Positions 42,459-57,100 of a stretch of DNA of 64,000 nucleotides are shown piece by piece; within the stretch, counting starts at the first letter, position 1, and every line of letters starts with the position of its first letter. Under the pieces are notes generated by a model, which was not told the DNA's origin, ran no database searches, and worked only from the letters and a program-made list of their open reading frames with translations. The DNA is taken from the NCBI RefSeq assembly GCF_009914755.1, contig NC_060933.1. One strand, given 5' to 3'. The DNA comes from the human T2T-CHM13v2.0 reference genome, Homo sapiens. The position numbers and the translations under genes are program-made.

Positions 42459-45114
42459 TGATTCCATTCCATTCCATTCCATTCCATTCCATTCCATTCC
42501 TTTCCATTCCATTATGGATGATTCCATTCCATTGCATTCCATTTCATTCCATTCCCCTGTACTCGGGTTGATTCCATTGCATTCCATTCCATTCCATGCC
42601 ATTCCACTCGTGTTGATTCCATTCTTTCCATTCCATTCAAGATGAATCCATTCCATTGCATTCCATTCCATTCAATTCCATTTGATTGCACTCGGGTTGA
42701 TTCCATTCAATTGCATTCCATTCCATTCCATTCCATTCCATTCCATTCCATTCCATTCCGTTCCATTCCATTCCATTACATTCGGATTGATTCTATTCAA
42801 TTCCCTTACACTCCATTACATTCCATTCCATTCGCGATGTTTCCATTCCATTCCATTCCATTCCACTCCATTCCATTGCATCGGGTTCATTGCATTACAT
42901 TCCATTCCATTCCATTCCATTCCGGATGATTCCATTCCATTGCATTCCATTCCATTCCGTTCCCCTGCACTCGGGTTGATTACATTCCATTTCCTTCCCT
43001 TCCATTCCTTTCCATTCCATTCCATTCCATTCTATTCGGGTGAATTCCATTCCATTCCATTCCATTCCATTCCATTCCATTCCATTCCATTGCAATCGAG
43101 TTGATTGCATTCCATTCCATTCCATTCCGTTCCGGATGATTCCATTCCATTGCATTCCATTCCATTCCATTCCCCTGCAGTCGGGTTGATTCCATTCCAT
43201 TCTATTCCATTCCATTCCATTCCATTCCATTCCGTTCCATTCCATTCCATTCTATTCGGGTTAATTCCATTCCATTCCATTCCATTCCATTCCAATCGAG
43301 TTGATTCCATTCCATTCCATTCCGTTCCATTCCACTCCATTCCAGTCCTTTCCATTCCATTCCACTCGGGTTGATTCCATTCTATTCCTTTCCATTCCAT
43401 TCCATTACATTGTAATCGAGTTGATTCCATTGATTTGCATTCCATTCCATTCCATTCCATTCCGGATGATTCCATTCCATTGCATTCCATTCCATTCCAT
43501 TCCCCTGCCCTCGGGTTGATTCCATTCTATTCCACTCCATTCCTTTCCATTCCATTCCATTCCATTGTATTCGGGTTAATTCCATTCCGTTCCATTCCAT
43601 TCCATTCCATTCAATTACAATCGAGTTGATTCCATTCCATTCCATTCCATTCCTTTCCATTCCATTCCACTCGGGTTGATTCCATTCTATTAGTTTCCAT
43701 TCCATTCCATTCCCTTCCATTCCACTCTGGTTGATTCCATTCGTTTCCATTCCACTCGAATACATTCCCTCCTATTCCACTCGGAATGATTCCATTCCAT
43801 TCCATTCCATTCCATTCCATTCCATTCCATTTCGTTCCATTCCATTCTATTCCGTACCATTCCATTCCATTCCATTCCATTCCATTCCATTCCACTCGTG
43901 TTGATTCCATTCCTTTCCATTCCATTCGGTTTGAAGCCATTCCATTCCATTCAATTCCATTCCATTCCATTCCATTCCATTCCATTTCATTCCATTGTAA
44001 TCGGGTTGATTCCATTCCATTGCATTCCCTTCCATTCCATTCAAATCCATTCCGTTGCATTCCATTCCATTACATTTGGATTGATTCTATTCAACTCCCT
44101 TACTCTCAATTACATTCCATTCCATTCGGATTGATTCTATTCAACTCCCTTACTCTCCATTACATTCCATTCCATTCGGGTTGTTCCATTCCATTCCATT
44201 CCATTCCACTCCATTCCATTGCACTCGGGTTGATTCCATTCCACTCCATTCCATTCCATTCTATTCCGGATGATTCCATTCCACTGCATTCCGTTCTATT
44301 ACATTCCCCTGCACTAGCGTTGATTCCATTCCATTCCATTCCATTCCATTCGATTCCATTCCATTCCAATTCGTTCCATTCCATTCTATTCCGTACCATT
44401 CCATTCCATTCCATACCATTCCATTCCATTCCATTCCATTCCGTTCCGTTCCATTCCGTTCCATTCCATTCCATTCCATTCTATTAGGGTTAATTCCATT
44501 CCATTCCATTCCATTCCATTCTATTCCATTCCATTGCAATCGAGTTGAATCCATTGCATTCCATTCCATTCCATTCCATTCCATTCCGGAAGATTCCATC
44601 CCATTGCATTCCATTCCATTCCATTCCCCTGCACTCGCGTTGATTCCATTCCATTCCATTCCATTCCATTCCATTCCATTCCATTCCATTCCATTCCGAT
44701 CCGTTCCATTCCATTCCATTCCATTCCATTCCATTCCGTTCCGTTCCATTCCATTCCATTCCATTCCATTCCATTCCATTCTATTCGGGTTAATTCCATT
44801 CCATTCCATTCGTTTACAATCGAGTTGATTCCATTCCATTCCATTCCATTCCATTCCATTCCATTCCATTCCATTCCTTTCAATTCCATTACGGATGATT
44901 CCATTCCATTGCATTCCATTCCATTCCATTCCCCTATACTCGGGTTGATTCCATTCCATTCCATTCCAATCCATGCCATTCCACTCGTGTTGATTCCATT
45001 CTTTCCATTCCATTCAAGTTGAATCCATTCCATTGCATTCCATTCCATTCCATTGCACTCGGGTTGATTCCATTCCATTGCATTCCATTCCTTTCCATTC
45101 CATTCCATTCCATT

Positions 45115-46005
45115 CCGTTCCATTCCATTTCATTACATTCAGATTGATTCTATTCAATTCCCTTACACTCCATTATATTCCAATCCATTCTGGTTGTCTC
45201 CATTCCATTCCATTCCATTTCACTCCATTCCATTGCACTCGGGTTGATTCCATTCCATTAAATTCCATTGCATTCCATTCCATTCCATTCCGGATGATTC
45301 CATTCCATTGCATTCCATTCCATTCCATTCCCCTGCACTCGGGTTGATTCCATTCCATTCCATTCCATTACATTCCGTTCCATTCCATTCCATTCCATTC
45401 GGATTGATTCTATTCAATTCCCTTACACTCCATTACATTCCATTGCATTCGGGTAGTTTCCATTCCATTCCATTCCATTCCATTCCTCTCCATTCCATTG
45501 CACTCGGGTTGATTCCATTCCATTGCATTCCATTCCATTCCATTCAATTCCATTCCATTATGTTCCATTCCATTTCATTACATTCAGATTGATTCTATTC
45601 AATTCCCTTACACTCCATTATATTCCAATCCATTCTGGTTGTTTCCATTCCATTCCATTCCATTTCATTCCATTCCATTGCACTCGGGTTGATTCCATTC
45701 CATTCCATTCCATTGCATTCCATTCCATTCCATTCCGGATGATTCCATTCCATTGCATTCCATTCCATTCCATTCCCCTGCACTCGGGTTGATTCCATTC
45801 CACTCCATTACATTACATTCCGTTCCATTCCATTCCATTCCATTCGGATTGATTCTATTCAATTCCCTTACACTCCATTACATTCCATTCCATTCGGGTA
45901 GTTTCCATTCCATTCCATTCCATTCCTCTCCATTCCATTGCACTCGGGTTGATTCCATTCCATTGCATTCCATTCCATTCCATTCAATTCCATTCCGTTC
46001 CATTC
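45115..46005 (+). repeat. Local tandem duplication, 445-bp unit x2
   Basis: ORF pairs 45173/45618, 45220/45665 and 45308/45753 are all offset by 445 bp. The CAGATTG...ATTATATTCCAATCC...CGGGTAGTTTCC chain is repeated. Confidence 0.8.
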
Positions 46006-48124
46006 CATTCCATTACATTCGGATTGATTCTATTCTACTCCCTTACTCTCCATTACATTCCATTCCATTCGGGTTGTCCTATTCCATTCCATTCCATTCC
46101 ACTCCATTCCATTGCACTCGGGTTGATTCCATTCCATTCCATTAAATTCCATTCCATTCCATTCCATTCCCTTCCATTCCATTCCGGAAGATTACATTCC
46201 ATTGCATTCCATTCCATTCCATGCCCCTGCACTCGCGTTGATTCCATTCCATTCCATTCTATTCCATTCCATTCCCTTCCTTTCCGTTCCATTCCATTCC
46301 ATTCCATTCCATTACATTCCGTTCCACTCCATTTCATTCCATTCGGATTGATTCTATTCAATTCCCTTACATTCCATTACATTCCGTTCCATTCGGGTAG
46401 TTTCCATTCCATTCCATTCCATTCCATTCCTCTCCATTCCATTGCACTCGGGTTGATTCCATTCCATTCCATTCCATTCCATTCCATTCCATTCCATTAC
46501 ATTACATTCCATTCCGTTCCATTGTACTCGGGTTGATTCCATTCCACTGCATTCCATTCCATTCCATTCCATTCCATTCCATTCCATTCCATTCCGTTCC
46601 ATTCCATTACATTCGAATTGATTCTATTCAACTCCCTTACTCTCCATTACATTCCATTCCATTCGGGTTGTTCCATTCCATTCCATTCTATTCCACTCCA
46701 TTCCATTGCACTCGGGTTGATTCCATTCCATTCCATTCCATTCCATTCCATTCTGGAAGATTCCATTCCATTGCATTCCATTGCATTCCATTCCATTCCA
46801 TTCCCCTGCACTCGTGTTGATTCCATTCCATTCCATTCTATTCCATTCCATTCCCTTCCTTTCCGTTCCATTCCATTCCATTCCATTCCATTCCATTCCG
46901 TTCCGTTCCATTCCATTCAATTCCATTCTATTCGGGTGAATTCCATTCCATTCCATTCGATTGCAATAGAGTTGATTCCATTCCATTCCATTCCATTCCC
47001 TTCTATTCGGGTTAATTCCATTCCATTCCATTCCATTCCATTCCAATCGAGTTGATTCCATTCCATTCCATTCCATTCCATTCCACTCCATTCCAGTCCT
47101 TTCCATTCCATTCCACTCAGGTTGATTCCAATGTATTCCTTTCCATTCCATTCCATTCCATTGCAATCGAGTTGATTCCATTGCTTTGCATTCCATTCCA
47201 TTCCATTCCATTCCGGATGATTCCATTCCATTGCATTCCATTCCATTCCATTCTCCTGCACTCGGGTTGATTCCATTCCATTCCACTCCATTCCGTTCCA
47301 TTCCATTCCATTCCATTGTATTCGGGTTAATTCCATTCCATTCCATTCCATTCCATTCCATTCCATTCCATTCCATTACAATCGAGTTGATTGCATTCCA
47401 TTCCATTCCATTCCAGTCCTTTCCATTCCATTCCACTCGGGTTCATTCCATTCTATTAGTTTCCATTCCATTCCATTCCCTTCCATTCCACTCTGGTTGA
47501 TACCATTCCTTTCCATTCCACTCGAATACATTCCCTCCTATTCCACTCGGAACGATTCCATTCCATTCCATTCCATTCCATTACATTCCATTCCATTCCA
47601 TTCCATTCCATTTCGTTCCATTCCATTCTATTCCGTATCATTCCATTCCATTCCATTCCATTCAATTGTACTCGGGTTGATTCCATTCCATTGCATTCCA
47701 TTCCATTCCTTTCCATTCCGTTGCATTCCATTCCATTGCATTCGGATTGATTCTATTCAACTCCCTTACTCTCCATTACATTCCATTCCATTCGGGTTGT
47801 TCCATTCCATTCCATTCCATTCCACACCATTCCATTGCACTCGGGTTGATTCCATTCCATTCCACTCCATTCCATTCCATTCCATTCCGGATGATTCCAT
47901 TCCATTGCATTCCGTTCCATTACATTCCCCTGCACTCGCGTTGATTCCATTCCATTCCATTCCATTCCATTCAATTCCATTCCATTACAGTTTGTTCCAT
48001 TCCATTCTATTCCGTACCATTCCATTCCATTCCATACCATTCCATTCCATTCCATTCCATTCCGTTCCATTCCGTTCCATTCCATTCCATTCCATTCTAT
48101 TCGGATTAATTCCATTCCATTCCA

Positions 48125-51100
48125 TTCCATTCCATTCTATTCCATTCCATTGCAATCGAGTTGAATCCATTGCATTTCATTCCATTCCATTCCATTCCAT
48201 TCCATTCCGGAAGATTCCATTCCATTGCATTCCATTCCATTCCATTCCCCTGCACTCGCGTTGATTCCATTCCATTCCATTCCATTCCATTCCATTCCAT
48301 TCCATTCCATTCCGTTCCGTTCAGTTCCATTCCATTCCATTCCATTCCATTCCGTTCCGTTCCATTCCATTCCATTCCATTCTATTTGGGTTAATTCCAT
48401 TCCATTCCATTCGATTGCAATCGAGTTGATTCCATTCCATTCCATTCCATTCCATTCCATTCCATTCCATTCCATTTTGTTCCATTCCATTCTATTCCGT
48501 ATCATTCCCTTCCATTCCATTCCATTCCATTCCATTCCATTCCATTCCACTCGTGTTGATTCCATTCCTTTCCATTCCATTCGGTTTGAAGGTATTCCAT
48601 TCCATTCCATTCCATTCCATTCCATTCCATTCCATTCCATTGTACTCGGGTTGCTTCCATTCCATTGCATTCCATTCCATTCCATTCCATTCCATTCCGT
48701 TGCATTCCATTCCATTACATTCGGATTGATTCTATTCAACTCCCTTACTCTCCATTACATTCCATTCCATTCGGGTTGTTCCATTCCATTCCATTCCATT
48801 GCACTCCATTCCATTGCACTCTGGTTGATTCCATTCTATTCCATTCCATTCCATTCCATTCCGGATGATTCCATTCCATTGCATTCCGTTCCATTACATT
48901 CCCCTGCACTCGCGTTTATTCCATTCCATTCCATTCCATTCCATTCAATTCCATTCCATTACAATTCGTTCTATTCCATTCTATTCCGTACCATTCCATT
49001 GCATTCCATACCATTCCATTGCATTCCATTCCATTCCATTCCGTTCCATTCCGTTCCATTCCATTCCATTCCATTCTATTCGGGTTAATTCCATTCCATT
49101 CCATTCCATTCCATTCCATTCCATTCCATTCTATTCCATTCCATTGCAATCGAGTTGAATCCATTGCATTTCATTCCATTCCATTCCATTCCATTCCATT
49201 CCGGAAGATTCCATTCCATTGCATTCCATTCCATTCCATTTCCCTGCACTCGCGTTGATTCCATTCCATTCCATTCCATTCCATTCCATTCCATTCCGTT
49301 CCGTTCTGTTCCATTCCATTCCATTCCATTCCATTCCGTTCCGTTCCATTCCATTCCATTCCATTCTATTCGGGTTAATTCCATTCCATTCCATTTGATT
49401 GCAATCGAGTTGATTCCATTCCATTCCATTCCATTCCATTCCATTCCATTCCATTCCTTTCCATTCCATTACGGATGATTCCATTCCATTGCATTCCATT
49501 CCATTCCATTCCCCTGTACTCGGATTGATTCCATTCCATTCTATTCTAATCCATGCCATTACACTCATGTTGATTCCATTCTTTCCATTCCATTCAAGTT
49601 GAATCCATTCCATTGCATTCCATTCCATTCGATTCCATTCGATTGCACTCGGGTTGATTCCATTCCATTGCATTCCATTCCTTTCCATTCCATTCCATTC
49701 CATTCCATTCCCTTCCATTCCATTCCATTACATTCGGATTGATTCTATTCAACTCCCTTACTCTCCATTACATTCCATTCCATTCGGGTTGTTCCATTCC
49801 ATTCCATTCCATTCCACTCCATTCCATTGCACTCGGGTGTATTCCATTCCATTCCATTCCATTCCATTCCATTCCATTCCATTCCGGAAGATTCCATTCC
49901 ATTGCATTCCATTCCATTCCATTCCTTTCCGTTCCATTCCATTCCATTCCATTTCATTACATTCAGATTGATTCTATTCAATTCCCTTACACTCCATTAT
50001 ATTCCAATCCATTCTGGTTGTTTCCATTCCATTCCATTCCATTCCTCTGCATTCCATTGCACTCGGGTTGATTCCATTCCATTCCATTCCATTCCATTCC
50101 ATTCCATTCCATTCCATTCCATTCCATTCCGTTCCATTGTACTCGGGTTGATTCCATTCCATTGCATTCCATTCCATTCCATTCCATTCCATTCCATTCC
50201 ATTCCGTTCCATTCCATTACATTCAGATTGATTCTATTCAACTCCCTTACTCTCCATTACATTCCATTCCATTCGGGTTGTTCCATTCCATTCCATTCCA
50301 TTCCACTCCATTCCATTGCACTCGGGTTGATTCCATTCCATTCCATTCCATTCCATTCCATTCCATTCCCTTCCATTACGGATGATTCCATTCCATTGCA
50401 TTCCGTTCCATTACATTCCCCTGCACTCGGGTTGATTCCATTCCATTCCATTCCATTCCATTCGATTCCATTCCATTCCAATTCTTTCCATTCCATTCTA
50501 TTCCGTACCATTCCATTGCATTCCATACAATTCCATTCCATTCCATTACACTCCGTTCCGTTCCGTTCCTTTCCGTTCCATTCCATTCCATTCCATTCTA
50601 TTCGGTTTAATTCCATTCCATTCCATTCCATTCCATTCTATTCCATTCCATTGCAATCGAGTTGAATCCATTGCATTCCATTCCATTCCATTCCATTCCA
50701 TTCCATTCCATTCCGGAAGATTCCATTCCATTGCATTCCATTCCATTCCATTCCGTTCAATTCCATTCCATTCCATTCCATTGTACTCGGGTTGATTCCA
50801 TTCCATTGCATTCCATTCCATTCCATTCCATTCCATTCCATTCCGTTCCATTCCATTCCATTACATTCGGATTGATTCTTTTCAACTCCCTTACTCTCCA
50901 TTCCATTCCATTCCATTCGGGTTGTTCCATTCCATTCCATTCCATTCCTCTCCATTCCATTGCACTTGGGTTGATTCCATTCCATTCCATTCCATTCCAT
51001 TCCGGATGATTCCGTTCCATTGCATTCCGTTCCATTACTTTCCCCTGCACTCGGGTTGATTCCATTCCATTCCATTCCATTCCATTCGATTCCATTCCAT

Positions 51101-54100
51101 TCCCCTGCACTCGCGTTGATTCCATTCCATTCCATTCCATTCCTTTCCATTCCAGTCCTTTCCATTCCATTCCACTCGGGTTGATTCCATTCTATTAGTT
51201 TCCATTCCATTCCATTCCCTTCCATTCCACTCTGGTTGATTCCATTCCTTTCCATTCCACTCGAATACATTCCCTCCTATTCCACTCGGAACGATTCCAT
51301 TCCATTCCATTCCATTCCATTCCATTCCATTCCATTCCATTCCATTCCATTCCATTCCATTTCGTTCCATTCCATTCTATTCCGTATCATTCCATTCCAT
51401 TCCATTCCATTCCATTCCATTCCATTCCATTCCACTCCATTGTACTCGGGTTGATTCCATTCCATTGCATTCCATTCCATTCCATTCCATTCCATTCCGT
51501 TGCATTCCATTCCATTACATTCGGATTGATTCTATTCAACTCCCTTACTCTCCATTACATTCCATTCCATTCGGGTTGTTCCATTCCATTCCATTCCATT
51601 CCACTCCATTCCATTGCACTCGGTTTGATTCCATTCCATTCCATTCCATTCCATTCCATTCCATTCCGGATGATTCCATTCCATTGCATTCCGTTCCATT
51701 ACATTCCCCTGTACTCGCGTTGATTCCATTCCATTGCATTCCATTCCATTCAATTCCATTCCATTACAATTCGTTCCATTCAATTCTATTCCGTACCATT
51801 CCATTCCATTCCATACCATTCCATTCCATTCCATTCCATTCCATTCTATTCCGTTCCATTCCCTTCCATTCCATTCCATTCCATTCTATTCGGGTTAATT
51901 CCATTCCATTCCATTCCATTCCATTCCATTCCATTCCATTTTATTCCATTCCATTGCAATCGAGTTGAATCCATTCCATTTCATTCCATTCCATTCCATT
52001 CCATTCCATTCCGGAAGATTCCATTCCATTGCATTCCATTCCATTGCATTCCGCTGCACTCGCGTTGATTCCATTCCATTCCATTCCATTCCATTCCGTT
52101 CCGTTCCATTCCATTCCATTCCATTCCATTCCATTCCGTTCCATTCCATTCCATTCCATACCATTCTATTCGGGTTAATTCCATTCCATTCCATTCGATT
52201 GCAATCGAGTTGATTCCATTCCATTCCATTCCATTCCATTCCATTCCTTTCCATTCCATTACGGATGAATCCATTCCATTGCATTCCATTCCATTCCATT
52301 CCCCTGTACTCGGGTTGATTCCATTCCATTCCATTCCAATCCATGCCATTCCACTCGTGTTGATTTCATTCTTTCCATTCCATTCAAGTTGAATCCATTC
52401 CATTGCATTCCATTCCATTCGATTCCATTCGATTGCACTCGGGTTGATTCCATTCCATTGCATTCCATTCCATTCCATTCCATTCCATTCCATTCCTTTC
52501 CATTCCATTCCATTACATTCGGATTGATTCTATTCAATTCCCTTACACTCAATTACATTCCATTCCATTCGGGTAGTTTCCATTCCATTCCATTCCATTC
52601 CTCTCCATTCCATTGCACTCGGGTTGATTCCATTCCATTGCATTTCATTCCATTCCATTCAATTCCATTCCGTTCCATTCCATTCCATTACATTCGGATT
52701 GATTCTATTCAACTCCCTTAATCTCCATTACTTTCCATTCCATTTGGGTTGTTCCATTCCATTCCATTCCATTCCACTCCATTCCATTGCACTCGCGTTG
52801 ATTCCATTCCATTCCATTCCATTCCATTCCATTCCATTCCGGAAGATTCCATTCCTTTGCATTCCATTCCATTCCATTCCCCTGCCCTCGCGTTGATTCC
52901 ATTCCATTCCATTCTATTCCATTCCATTCCCTTCCTTTCCGTTCCATTCCATTCCATTCCATTCCATTCCATTCCATTCCATTCCGTTCCGTTCCGTTCC
53001 ATTCCATTCCATTCCCTTCTATTCGGGTTAATTCCATTCCATTCCATTCGACTGCAATCGAGTTGATTCCATTCCATTCCATTCCATTCCATTCCATTCC
53101 ATTCCATTCCATTCAATTCCGGATGATTCCATTCCATTGCCTTCCATTCCATTCCATTCCCCTGCACTCGGGTTGATTCCATTCCATTCCATTCCATTAC
53201 ATTCCGTTCCATTCCATTCCATTCCATTCGGATTGATTCTATTCAATTCCCTTACACTCCATTACATTCCATTCCATTCGGGTAGTTTCCATTCCATTCC
53301 ATTCCATTCCTCTCCATTCCATTGCACTCGGGTTGATTCCATTCCATTCAATTCCATTCCATTCCATTACATTACATTACATTACATTCCGTTCCATTGT
53401 ACTCGGGTTGATTCCATTCCATTGCATTCCATTCCATTCCATTCCATTCCATTCCATTCCATTCCATTCCGTTCCATTCCATTACATTCGGATTCATTCT
53501 ATTCAACTCCCTTACTGTCCATTACATTCCATTCCATTCGGGTTGTTCCATTCCATTCCGTTCCATTCCACTCCATTCCATTGCACTCGGGTTGATTCCA
53601 TTCCATTCCATTCCACTCCATTCCATTCCATTCCGGATGATTCCATTCCATTGCATTCCGTTCCATTACATTCCCCTGCACTCGGGTTGATTCCATTCCA
53701 TTCCATTCCATTCCATTCGATTCCATTCCATTCCAATTCTTTCCATTCCATTCTATTACGTACCATTCCATTCCATACAATTCCATTCCATTCCATTCCA
53801 CTCCGTTCCGTTCCGTTCCGTTCCGTTCCATTCCATTCCATTCCATTCTATTCGGTTTAATTCCATTCCATTCCATTCCATTCCATTCTATTCCATTCCA
53901 TTGCAATCGAGTTGAATCCATTGCATTCCATTCCATTCAATTCCATTCCATTCCATTCCATTCCGGAAGATTCCATTCCATTGCATTCCATTCCATTCCA
54001 TTGCATTCCATTCCATTCCATTCCATTCCCTTCCATTCCATTCCATTACATTCGGATTTATTCTATTCAACTCCCTTACTCTCCATTACATTCCATTCCA

Positions 54101-57100
54101 TTCGGGTTGTTCCATTCCATTCCATTCCATTCCACTCCATTCCATTGCACTCGGGTTTATTCCATTCCATTCCATTCCATTGCATTCCATTCCATTCCAT
54201 TCCGGAAGATTCCATTCCATTGCATTCCATTCCATTCCATTCCTTTCCGTTCCATTCCATTCCATTCCATTCCATTCCAATCCATTCCATTCTGTTCCGT
54301 TCCATTCCATTCCATTCCATTCCATTCTATTCGGGTTAATTCCATTCCATTCCATTCGATTGCAATCGAGTTGATTCCTTTCCATTCCATTCCATTCCAT
54401 TCCATTCCATTCCATTCCTTTCCATTCCATTACGGATGATTCCATTCCATTGCATTCCGTTCCATTACATTCCCCTGCACTCGCGTTGATTCCATTCCAT
54501 TCCATTCCATTCCGTTCAATTCCATTCCATTACAATTCATTCCATTCCATTCTATTCCATACCATTCCATTCCATTCCATACCATTCCATTCCATTCCAT
54601 TCCATTCCATTCCGTTCCACTCCTTTCCATTCCATTCCATTCCATTCTATTCGGGTTAATTCCATTCCATTCCATTCCATTCCATTCCATTCTATTCCAT
54701 TCCATTGCAATCGAGTTGAATCCATTGCATTTCATTCCATTCCATTCCATAACATTCCATTCCGGAAGATTCCATTCCATTGCATTCCATTCCATTCCAT
54801 TCCCCTGCACTCGCGTTGATTCCATTCCATTGGATTCCATTCCATTCCATTCCGTTCCGTTCCGTTCCGATCCATTCCATTGCATTCCATTCCATTCCAT
54901 TCCGGATGATTCCATTCCATTGCATTCCATTCCATTCCATTCCCCTGCACTCGGGTTGATTCCATTCCATTCCATTCCATTCCATTCCATTCCATTCCAT
55001 TCGGATTGATTCTATTCAATTCCCTTACACTCCATTACATTACATTCCATTCGGGTAGTTTCCATTCCATTCCATTCCATTCCTCTCCATTCCATTGCAC
55101 TCGGGTTGATTCCATTCCATTCCATTACATTCCATTCCATTCCATTGCATTACATTACATTCCGTTCCATTGTACTCGGGTTGATTCCATTCCATTGCAT
55201 TCCATTCCATTCCGTTCCATTCCATTCCATTCCGTTCCATTCCATTACATTCGGATTGATTCTATTCAACTCCCTTACTCTCCATTACATTCCATTCCAT
55301 TCGGGTTGTTCCATTCCATTCCATTCCATTCGCATTGATTCTATTCAACTCCCTTACTCTCCATTACATTCCATTCCATTCGGGTTGTTCCATTCCATTC
55401 CATTCCATTCGACTCCATTCCATTGCACTCGGGTTGATTCCATTCCATTCCATTCCATTCCATTCCATTCCATTCCATTCCGGATGATTCCATTCCATTG
55501 CATTCCGTTCCATTACATTCCCCTGGACTCTGGTTGATTCCATTCCATTCCTTTCCATTCCATTCGATTCCATTCCATTCCAATTCTTTCCATTCCATTC
55601 TATTCCGTACCATTCCATTCCATTCCATACAATTCCATTCCATTCCATTCCACTCCGTTCCGTTCTGTTCCATTGCGTTCCGTTCCATTCCATTCCATCC
55701 CATTCTATTCGGTTTAATTCCATTCCATTCCATTCCATTCCATTCTATTCCATTCCATTGCAATCGAGTTGAATCCATTGCATTCCATTCCATTCCATTC
55801 CATTCCATTCAATTCCATTCCGGAAGATTCCATTCCATTGCATTCCATTCCATTCCATTCCATTCCATTCCATTGTACTCGGGTTGATTCCATTCCATTG
55901 CATTCCATTCCATCCCATTCCATTCCATTCCATTCCATTCCATTCCATTCCATTCCATTCCGTTCCATTCCATTCATTACATTCGGATTGATTCTTTTCA
56001 ACTCCCTTACTCTCCATTACATTCCATTCCATTCGGGTTGTTCCATTCCATTCCATTCCATTCCACTCCATTCCATTGCACTCGGGTTGATTCCATTCCA
56101 TTCCATTCCATTCCATTCCGGATGATTCCATTCCATTGCATTCCGTTCCATTACATTCCCCTGCACTCGGGTTGATTCCAATCCATTCCATTCCATTCCA
56201 TTCGATTGTATTCCATTCCCCTGCACTCGCGTTGATTCCATTCCATTCCATTCCATTCCATTCCATTCCATTCCATTCCTTTCCATTCCAGTCCTTTCCA
56301 TTCCATTCCACTCGGGTTGATTCCATTCTGTTAGTTTCCATTCTGTTCCATTCCCTTCCATTCCACTCTGGTTGATTCCATTCCTTTCCATTCCACTCGA
56401 ATACATTCCCTCCTATTCCACTCGGAACGATTCCATTCCATTCCATTCCATTCCATTCCATTCCATTCCATTCCATTCCATTCAATTTTGTTCCATTCCA
56501 TTCTATTCCGTATCATTCCATTGCATTCCATTCCATTCCATTCCATTCCATTCCATTCCCTTCCATTCCATTCCTTTCCACTCGTGTTGATTCCATTCCT
56601 TTCCATTCCATTCGGTTTGAAGGTATTCCATTCCATTCCATTCCATTCCATTCCATTCCATTCCATTCCATTCCATTCCATTGTACTCGGGTTGATTCCA
56701 TTCCATTGTATTCCATTCCATTCCATTCCATTCCATTCCGTTTCATTCCATTCCATTACATTCGGATTGATTCTATTCAACTCCCTTACTCTCCATTACA
56801 TTCCATTCCATTCGGGTTGTTCCATTCCATTCCATTCCACTCCACTCCATTCCATTGCACTCGGGTTGATTCCATTCCATTCCATTCCATTCCATTCCAT
56901 TCCGGATGATTCCATTCCATTGCATTCCGTTCCATTACATTCCCCTGCACTCGAGTTGATTCCATTCCATTCCATTCCATTCCATTCCATTCCATTGAAT
57001 TCCATTCCATTACAATTCGTTCCATTCCATTCTATTCCATACCATTCCATTCCATTCCATACCGTTCCATTGCATTCCATTCCATTCCATTCCGTTCCAT

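Larger units (their letters stand above)
21200..48124 (+). repeat. Higher-order repeat unit, copy 1 (~26.9 kb)
   Basis: Identical ORF translations recur at offsets of 26,869-26,929 bp (21301/48225, 23714/50638, 30163/57032, 33794/60674, 36858/63738). Rare words recur at the same offset (ACCCGGGTTG 34121/61001; CTGCAG 31417/58286). Only 21.2-37.1 kb can be checked against the second copy; the left boundary is uncertain by about 300 bp. Confidence 0.9.
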
